A stretch of DNA of 64,000 nucleotides from an uncultured archaeon (GTDB lineage Archaea; Thermoplasmatota; Penumbrarchaeia; JASLWR01), in NCBI GenBank assembly GCA_964342815.1, contig CAYFHS010000002.1, forward strand, positions 216,790-280,789. Direction: 5' to 3'. The position numbers were made by a program, and so were the translations under genes. The notes below the pieces were generated by a model that saw only the letters and a list, made by a program, of their open reading frames with translations, did no database searches and was not told the DNA's origin. This document shows, one piece after another, positions 57,954 to 64,000 of this stretch. The first letter of the stretch is position 1, and each line of letters starts with the position of its first letter.

Positions 57954-58634
57954 TTATAACAATTTTACCATATCGATGTTTCTCTCCATAAGCTCTGCCA
58001 GCTCCCCCATTAACGCGATGTTCTTCTCGATCTCCCTCACGTCAGTCATCACTTCGTATTTAAAGAGTGAAATACGGTCGCGTCGAAGCCATATGATGAA
58101 CATAACCGCTAGATTATTGGTATCGAAGGTTCCGTGCGTACGAAAAATTCTGTTCCTTGCATCCCTGTTGATCAATCCCAGAACGATTTCTTTTTTTCCT
58201 TTCGAACCTATGATGTATCCCTTGTCGAAGTCAGATTCACCGGAAAGTTCCTTTTTCAGACCGCCGGTGGGTCTCATGAGAACGTGAAGGTTCCTTGGAT
58301 ATACGAATATGTCCCTTGAGGGTATTTCCTTCTTCAGATAAACAGTAATAAAGACACGATACGGCTCGTCTCTTCTGTATTCGTAATGATATTCCACTAT
58401 CCTTTCATGTGATTTTATTAAGTATTTTAGCCGCTTGTTCTTTGAAGAACGAACCACACGTCCTCCTTTCATCAGCTTGACGTTCCGCGAAAATATCGAT
58501 TCCCACTTATTTTTCTTTGTTGCGATCATCCGACCGATTTTTCGAGTACTCCACCAGGAAAGTAATATAATACCGGTTAGTGTGAAAATTAATATAATTA
58601 TGACCACAATAATAACGCCAGTATTTGCACTCAT
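57954..58634 (-). CDS. Hypothetical membrane-anchored protein
   Basis: N-terminal TM, basic soluble domain, ESDFDK.Y.I motif. Confidence 0.6.
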   Translation of the reverse strand: MSANTGVIIVVIIILIFTLTGIILLSWWSTRKIGRMIATKKNKWESIFSRNVKLMKGGRVVRSSKNKRLKYLIKSHERIVEYHYEYRRDEPYRVFITVYLKKEIPSRDIFVYPRNLHVLMRPTGGLKKELSGESDFDKGYIIGSKGKKEIVLGLINRDARNRIFRTHGTFDTNNLAVMFIIWLRRDRISLFKYEVMTDVREIEKNIALMGELAELMERNIDMVKLL

Positions 58635-58715
58635 GGTACATAGAAGATTCTATTTTATAATATGATTTTTTATTATATTTTCTAGTAGAAACTTTTTCAC
58701 GAGAACGATTCGACA

Positions 58716-59033
58716 TCATTTATAATTGTAGAGCCTATTGTAAGCATCTTCTTCTTCATCGGTCTTCTCATTCCCGCTTCTTTTCAAAATCGAGTATATT
58801 ATTATGGCCAAAATAAAAACGATGAATCCAAAGGTGAACATGAAAGTGCCGCAAATTCCGTAAGGGTGTTTCTCCTGGGTAACATTTATGGTTCCATTCT
58901 CACCAGCACTGTTGTAGAAGGGTATGTGGGCTTCTTCTTCAGTTGTGTATGAATAAAGTATCATTCCAACCACAATAAGGGCCGCGGCAATTGCAAAAAT
59001 TCCGATTACGAGTGCGATCTTGAGGGCTTCCAC
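58716..59033 (-). CDS. Small 2-TM membrane protein, paralogue A
   Basis: Clear paralogue of 60330-60644. Confidence 0.7.
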   Translation of the reverse strand: MEALKIALVIGIFAIAAALIVVGMILYSYTTEEEAHIPFYNSAGENGTINVTQEKHPYGICGTFMFTFGFIVFILAIIIYSILKRSGNEKTDEEEDAYNRLYNYK

Positions 59034-59259
59034 GTTTCATCCCACCGTTTTTACCATAAAAATATAGTACAGCGCTCATTAATATCCTTTTCCAATCAAT
59101 TCATCTGAAAAATAAGTTAACATCATCTAAGTGATGACAAAGAGTAATTTTGGAAAATGAAAGGCCTCCGCTCGTAAGTCTTTAACCGCTCTGTTTATCA
59201 GCTACCTGAAGCATAGGGATTAAATTTATTATGCTCTTAAAATAATATATTAATGGAGA

Positions 59260-59928
59260 TTGCTGCAAATGTATCCCGCTGTTCATGGTCTGGTAGCTTG
59301 GATATTAGTGTCCTTAACATTAAAGGATTCTAGAGATAGGCGGTTGGCCGTTATCGCCGGGGTGATTTCAGATATAGATGGGGTTTTCATCTTATTTAAT
59401 ATGGAATTATTTAGCAAATACCATCATACTTTCGGTCATTCGTTACTGTTTGGAATATTAATCGCTCTTGTCCTGGGGGTATTCGGGAAACGAAAATTTA
59501 AAGTGTTCTACATTGCTTTTTGTGCCTTTCTCATACATCAAAGTTTGGATATCATCGGATCAAATTGGGGAATATATCTTTTTTATCCTCTCTCAGAATT
59601 CGAAATTACCTTGACGTCGATTCTTTCGGATCCAATGATCTATGACATTATCAATCCAATCGTTTTTATTTTAGCGATACTCTCAACAATTCTAATCATG
59701 TATAAAAAGGAATTTTCTCCGATACAGTTCATATCCGAGAAACTGGACCGACGGATCACGGCTTATTTGGTATACCCCTTCAAATATAAGTGTGACATTT
59801 GTGGTAAATGGGCTTTTATACAATGTTCGAACTGTGGAAAGAAAGCCTGTCCGGATCATTCGAAGGATATTATTAAATGGATTTGCACCTCATGCGGTAA
59901 ATCTACAAAAAAGGGCGGTAAAACTTAA
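59260..59928 (+). CDS. Membrane metal-dependent hydrolase (YdjM/DUF457-like) with C-terminal Zn finger
   Basis: H.., ISDIDG, HHTFGHS, H..LD motifs; CxxC-x8-CxxC-x4-CxxH-x8-CxxC tail. Confidence 0.75.
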   Translation: MLQMYPAVHGLVAWILVSLTLKDSRDRRLAVIAGVISDIDGVFILFNMELFSKYHHTFGHSLLFGILIALVLGVFGKRKFKVFYIAFCAFLIHQSLDIIGSNWGIYLFYPLSEFEITLTSILSDPMIYDIINPIVFILAILSTILIMYKKEFSPIQFISEKLDRRITAYLVYPFKYKCDICGKWAFIQCSNCGKKACPDHSKDIIKWICTSCGKSTKKGGKT

Positions 59929-60018
59929 TCTATCATATGGGTCAGAAACCTTTGAATTGAAGGTAGAGAGGAAATCCCAACAGAGGGTATCCCTCCTGGA
60001 TCCCTCATAAAGATGTAT

Positions 60019-60225
60019 TTATAGAATAGTGAGGGAAATTACGCACCAAATTAAGGCGCCGCCACCAACTACGAGATTGATGATGGTTCCTATCCAATAC
60101 GTCACAGGCCGTTCTTCCCGGTGGACAAGCCCCCGCCTGGAAAGCAGCTTTCCCGTGATAAGGGCAAAAACACCCATACCAAGCATGACAAATCCAAAGA
60201 TCAGAAGGAAAATTAGTTCGGACAT
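60019..60225 (-). CDS. Small 2-TM membrane protein (68 aa)
   Basis: Two hydrophobic helices around REERPVTYW. Confidence 0.6.
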   Translation of the reverse strand: MSELIFLLIFGFVMLGMGVFALITGKLLSRRGLVHREERPVTYWIGTIINLVVGGGALIWCVISLTIL

Positions 60226-60329
60226 ATTTATTAGAATCGGCTATCAGATTATATGTTTTTTCTCTGCATTTTCTGCAATTTTTTTAATCTAATGGAGGGG
60301 GTTATTGACATCGTTCTTATCTTAATAAC

Positions 60330-60644
60330 TTATAGTTCCTTTTTGAAAAATATTTCCTTATCCCTTTGATCCATTTCATCATTCTTTTCCCTTCTAATGA
60401 TAAAGTATGTCACAATGGCTAAAATAAAAACAATGAATCCTAGACTGAAAAGAACAGAACCGCAAAGTCCGAAAGGCTGTTTCTCCTGGGTAACATATTC
60501 GGTCCATTGTCGACCGTCGCTAGAGCTGAAATATATGGGGGCTTCTTCTTCGATAGTGATCGAATATAGTATAAGTCCCACCACAATAAGGGCTACGCTA
60601 ATTGCAAAAATTCCTATAATTATCGCTACCTTATGGACTTCCAT
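60330..60644 (-). CDS. Small 2-TM membrane protein, paralogue B
   Basis: Clear paralogue of 58716-59033. Confidence 0.7.
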   Translation of the reverse strand: MEVHKVAIIIGIFAISVALIVVGLILYSITIEEEAPIYFSSSDGRQWTEYVTQEKQPFGLCGSVLFSLGFIVFILAIVTYFIIRREKNDEMDQRDKEIFFKKEL

Positions 60645-60929
60645 ATATCATTCCTCTTAAAAAGCACCCGCCATCTGTCTATCAATCCAATATTTCCATT
60701 TTTTTATTACGAATTATACGAAAACCTTCTTTCTATATATTATTTCTATTTCAATTTTTGGGTTTATGACTGATATTTATTGACGTAATCCCAAAAAAAT
60801 ACAGATACACTAGTTGATTTCATAATTATGTACTAATTATTGTTTTATAATATGGACCGTGCCGTTCATCAGACCAACCATTACTTGAGCCCGAATGATT
60901 CAATTGGATTTTCACCATTGACTATACAC

Positions 60930-60961
60930 AAAAAAGAAGATCGGCGGGGGAACCCGCCGAT
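60930..60961 (-). terminator. Hairpin + U-tract terminator after cdhE
   Basis: atcggcggg/cccgccgat 9-bp stem followed on the minus strand by CTTCTTTTTT. Confidence 0.7.
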
Positions 60962-60987
60962 ATTTTACCCGCACCGCTCCAATAATT

Positions 60988-62313
60988 CTAGCCCGTCTGT
61001 GCTTTCAGGAATTTAGGCAGACCGGAGGAATCCCGCGGCCCGACTATTACCTTCCAGCCGCTCTCCTCCTCCAGAGAGCCGCTCATGCGAGCTACCTGGC
61101 CGGGGATGATGATGCTTTTCTGTGGGACCGATTCCTCGAGGCCGAGCTTCTTTATGAATTCCGCTACGCCTTCCGCAGTGAGCTTTTCCGCAGCAAAGGC
61201 CGTCATCACGGACAACCCCTCGGTATCCACCACAAGCAGTTTCGACGGTATCTTCGATTTTTCGATATCTCCCCTTACGATGAAATAGGTCAGGGAGAAA
61301 TTCGTGGTGAGCATCAACGGCGAGTTCTCGTTGGTGGGCCCGCTGATGTCGTAGACCTTCGCTTCCATCTGGAGCGGTTTTTGCGGATCGGTATAAATGT
61401 TCTGCCTCAGCGTCATTATGGGGTAGATGGTGGATACGGGAACCTCGTCGAAGGTGACGATGGACGCGTATTTCATCACTCCCAGAGCTCCCATCATCCC
61501 GGGATCGGATGCGCTGCTTTCCAGCAAAACCGGGAAACCGAAAGGCCTGAATTTCTTTTTGATAGCGGATCTGCGTAGTATGGTAAGATTCCTGAGTGCA
61601 TCACCGAGTTGTTTTGGCCCAAAATCGAGTACGATATCTTCGACGCCTTTTCCCTTGACCTTCTCCGAGAGTTCCGCCAGTCCGTTCAGGTCTTCGCAGT
61701 AGACTACCAGGGGTAATTTCAGTTCCGCCGCCAGACCCGCCATGGCTTCCCAGTTATCCTGGGTTGCACGATACAAAAGGGGTCTCGCACTCACGAGAGC
61801 GCGGGCTGCTCCTTCCATGGTTCCCGCATCATCCGCCATGAGTATCATGGGTTTTCCCGCAAGCGAATTGACCTTTTCCGCAGCCTCCTTGAACTTCCCC
61901 GCGTCTCCGGATGCACGCACCGCCACCATGTCCAGCTTCATTACCTGACCTATGCGGTCGAATTCGTAGGATTTTACACCGGCGGCCTTCCCTTCCAGGT
62001 CGCCGTCATCGTCGGCTATTATCTGGCAAAGAAGCGTCGGATGGAAGAATTTCTTGTCGTGCCTGAACATTTCCGTCTCGTCACCCATCTCCACTTCAGC
62101 TCCGACGGGGCCGAACTTGACCTTCTTGATGGGTGGTGCCGCCGCTCCCTCGAGAGCCCCTCTTCCTGCATCGGATATGTCCGGACAGCTGTCGAGCGAG
62201 GTCTTCTGGTTGGCGAGCTGCATGGCGAATGCCAGGCAGGTCGGAAAACCGCATTTGCCGCAGTTGGTTTTCGGTAACTGCATGAATATCTGCATTGCAT
62301 TAAGTGCCATCAC
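60988..62313 (-). CDS. cdhE: Corrinoid Fe-S protein large (gamma) subunit of CODH/ACS
   Basis: LPKTNCGKCGFPTCLAFA Fe-S motif; RQNIYTDPQKP; TTNFSLTYF; SV.TAFAA. Confidence 0.96.
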   Translation of the reverse strand: MMALNAMQIFMQLPKTNCGKCGFPTCLAFAMQLANQKTSLDSCPDISDAGRGALEGAAAPPIKKVKFGPVGAEVEMGDETEMFRHDKKFFHPTLLCQIIADDDGDLEGKAAGVKSYEFDRIGQVMKLDMVAVRASGDAGKFKEAAEKVNSLAGKPMILMADDAGTMEGAARALVSARPLLYRATQDNWEAMAGLAAELKLPLVVYCEDLNGLAELSEKVKGKGVEDIVLDFGPKQLGDALRNLTILRRSAIKKKFRPFGFPVLLESSASDPGMMGALGVMKYASIVTFDEVPVSTIYPIMTLRQNIYTDPQKPLQMEAKVYDISGPTNENSPLMLTTNFSLTYFIVRGDIEKSKIPSKLLVVDTEGLSVMTAFAAEKLTAEGVAEFIKKLGLEESVPQKSIIIPGQVARMSGSLEEESGWKVIVGPRDSSGLPKFLKAQTG

Positions 62314-63269
62314 TCACCACCCCCAGGGTAAAGTTCGTCAACAGCTTGTTTCATTCTCTGGAGAACGGAGGGGCTGTGCACTACCAGGAGTTCCGCCCCG
62401 GCGACGAGAGCTGCCATGCCCGTGTCCGCTTCCCATTCGATGCCGCGTTTGGTTGGCTCTCCCAGACGGTCCCCGACCTCGTTCACATCGGGCGCAGCCC
62501 ATGCAAGAGACAGGTCGCATATGATAGGTGCCTGCAGAAGGTTATCCCCCATGAGAGCAGCAAGCCGGATCCTCTCTATTATTGAATATGAATATTCCAG
62601 ACCGACCCCGAGAGCCGCCTGCAGCGGGTCCATGACAATGTTACCCAGATCAATACCGAAATCCTTCAGAAGGATCACTATCTGCTTTGCAAGGTTGATG
62701 TCGATGTTGCTGAAACCGATAACGCAGTGCCCGTTCGCCATGGAAGCAACGGCAATGGATTTGTACCAATCCTCCTCTGCCGCACCCAAAAGAAGCCGCT
62801 CCCCCTTTCCCGCCTCGGAAACCATTTCCATCAATTTCGTGTCGTTCTCATTATGTCCTGAACCATATACGATAAGAGGTACGCCAACAGCTTCCAATAC
62901 TGCTTTCAGGGTATTGACAGCATCCTCGTTGCTGCCTCCATCTCCTTCGGGATTGGTGCTAACTAGCTTCAGACATAAGCCCTCGGCTCCAAACTCAACG
63001 CATTTCTTTGCCCAGGAAACAGGGTCGTTGATGGCATCGCCGAATTCTTCCTTGACTGCTTCGGGAAAGTCCGCAGGGAGGCTGTCCAGCACATCCATGA
63101 AGAGCGCCGGTTTTCGTCCCGGACTTCCCTCGAAATTCAAATAAGGCAGAGCACTGGAACCGCCAATTATCACCTTGGATGTCCTTGTGCCCCCCTCCTC
63201 TTTTGTTGCCCCGATAGTGACCTCTCTTATACTTCCGCTCCATTTCTCTTTGGGTATTTCGAAAACCAT
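62310..63269 (-). CDS. cdhD: Corrinoid Fe-S protein small (delta) subunit of CODH/ACS
   Basis: W.G.I.EV.IGAT..EGG.R, DINLAKQ, MDP..ALG.GLEYSYSI.ERIRLAAL.GD. Confidence 0.95.
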   Translation of the reverse strand: MVFEIPKEKWSGSIREVTIGATKEEGGTRTSKVIIGGSSALPYLNFEGSPGRKPALFMDVLDSLPADFPEAVKEEFGDAINDPVSWAKKCVEFGAEGLCLKLVSTNPEGDGGSNEDAVNTLKAVLEAVGVPLIVYGSGHNENDTKLMEMVSEAGKGERLLLGAAEEDWYKSIAVASMANGHCVIGFSNIDINLAKQIVILLKDFGIDLGNIVMDPLQAALGVGLEYSYSIIERIRLAALMGDNLLQAPIICDLSLAWAAPDVNEVGDRLGEPTKRGIEWEADTGMAALVAGAELLVVHSPSVLQRMKQAVDELYPGGGE

Positions 63270-63282
63270 TATTTCACGTCCT

Positions 63283-64000
63283 TTACATAAATTCCATCAG
63301 GTTGGGAAGGGCAATGGCCGGATGACCGACCTCTATGCACCATTCCATGAGCTGCGCCGGGTCCGTTACATTTGTCTCATCCGCTATCTTGTCCAGGAAA
63401 TTTGGTATCCCGAGTTCCTTTGCCCGCTGCTCCATGATCTCTCGCATATCTTCCTTCAATTGCTTGGGCATCCACATCAGTCGTTTGAAGCCGTCTTCCG
63501 CCCTGATAAACTTGGGACTCACAAGGAACTTTCTTCCTATACCGAGGAAACCGGGCGTCTGCTTACCGCCTCCAACGGAACCAGCGAGTGTGGTGAACTT
63601 CATGCCGATTGGCGTCATTCCACCGTATTCCCGGTTAACAACAATGAAACCCTGGGCATCCGCGGTCATTGCAACGATGCACTCGAAACACCCGCAGCTG
63701 GTCATTGGGAATTTCATCAAGCTGTATTGGTTGAATATCTCTATCTTTCCGTGACTGTGCTCCCTTACCGCCTGGTTGACCCCTTCCCACTGGCCCTTGT
63801 GTTCATCGATGACACCGGTCTTGGGAACCGGCTGATTTGGACCTGTGGGAGCGATCTCCTTGCTGGCCTTGGAATCCATCCAGTTGATGGCACCGCACAG
63901 TCCAAGCCTCTCCGGGCTGATTATGCATACATGATCGGGGGCGAAGGACTGGCAAAGCGTGCAGGTGTAGAAGGTATCCACAGCCTCATCGGTGAGACCC
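63283..64000 (-). CDS. cdhC: Acetyl-CoA synthase (A-cluster) subunit, C-terminal part; N-terminus outside the window
   Basis: Frame open to the window end; FYTC.LCQSFAP.HVC, LCGA, TSCGCFE A-cluster motifs. Confidence 0.96.
   Translation of the reverse strand, partial: GLTDEAVDTFYTCTLCQSFAPDHVCIISPERLGLCGAINWMDSKASKEIAPTGPNQPVPKTGVIDEHKGQWEGVNQAVREHSHGKIEIFNQYSLMKFPMTSCGCFECIVAMTADAQGFIVVNREYGGMTPIGMKFTTLAGSVGGGKQTPGFLGIGRKFLVSPKFIRAEDGFKRLMWMPKQLKEDMREIMEQRAKELGIPNFLDKIADETNVTDPAQLMEWCIEVGHPAIALPNLMEFM

Noticed and set aside
55000-60900. Integron cassette array (attC sites)
   Set aside because: The genes are in mixed orientation, no recurring RYYYAAC..GTTRRRY hairpins were seen and there is no integrase

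Overview
This window is most likely from an anaerobic archaeon (Thermoplasmatota-like by inference: KEOPS Pcc1, TATA-type promoters, GGAGGTGA/GGTGA ribosome-binding sites, cdhC-cdhD-cdhE order). Left to right it holds: a 5'-truncated Hanks-type kinase and Zn-finger proteins; a GLUG-repeat surface protein; a 16-kb minus-strand purine cluster (guaB3-guaA-purSL-purQ-purCE fusion-purD-purN-purO-purH(AICARFT only)-purF-purM-dCMP deaminase); nikR divergent from a His-rich Ni/Co transporter; a stand-alone AEP primase-like gene; a Trm9-like methyltransferase; a HerA-like ATPase with a very acidic N-terminus; Pcc1; a membrane-anchored subtilase plus glutaminyl cyclase; two giant single-pass surface proteins with cytoplasmic Zn fingers (one a C4HC3 RING-CH/PHD-like finger); an AT-rich accessory region with two decayed PIN toxin-antitoxin modules; and the 3' end of an acetyl-CoA synthase/CoFeSP operon. 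The most striking unexplained signals are a structured non-coding element present twice (about 1480 and 40573) with compensatory base changes, structured inverted ends around an AT-rich passenger gene, receptor-like proteins with intracellular Zn fingers, an animal-PAICS-like PurC-PurE(class II) fusion, a G-quadruplex-like guaB leader and an unannotated 27-aa Cys peptide. No CRISPR array, rRNA or tRNA was recognised. All family assignments come from motif recognition by eye, not from database searches.
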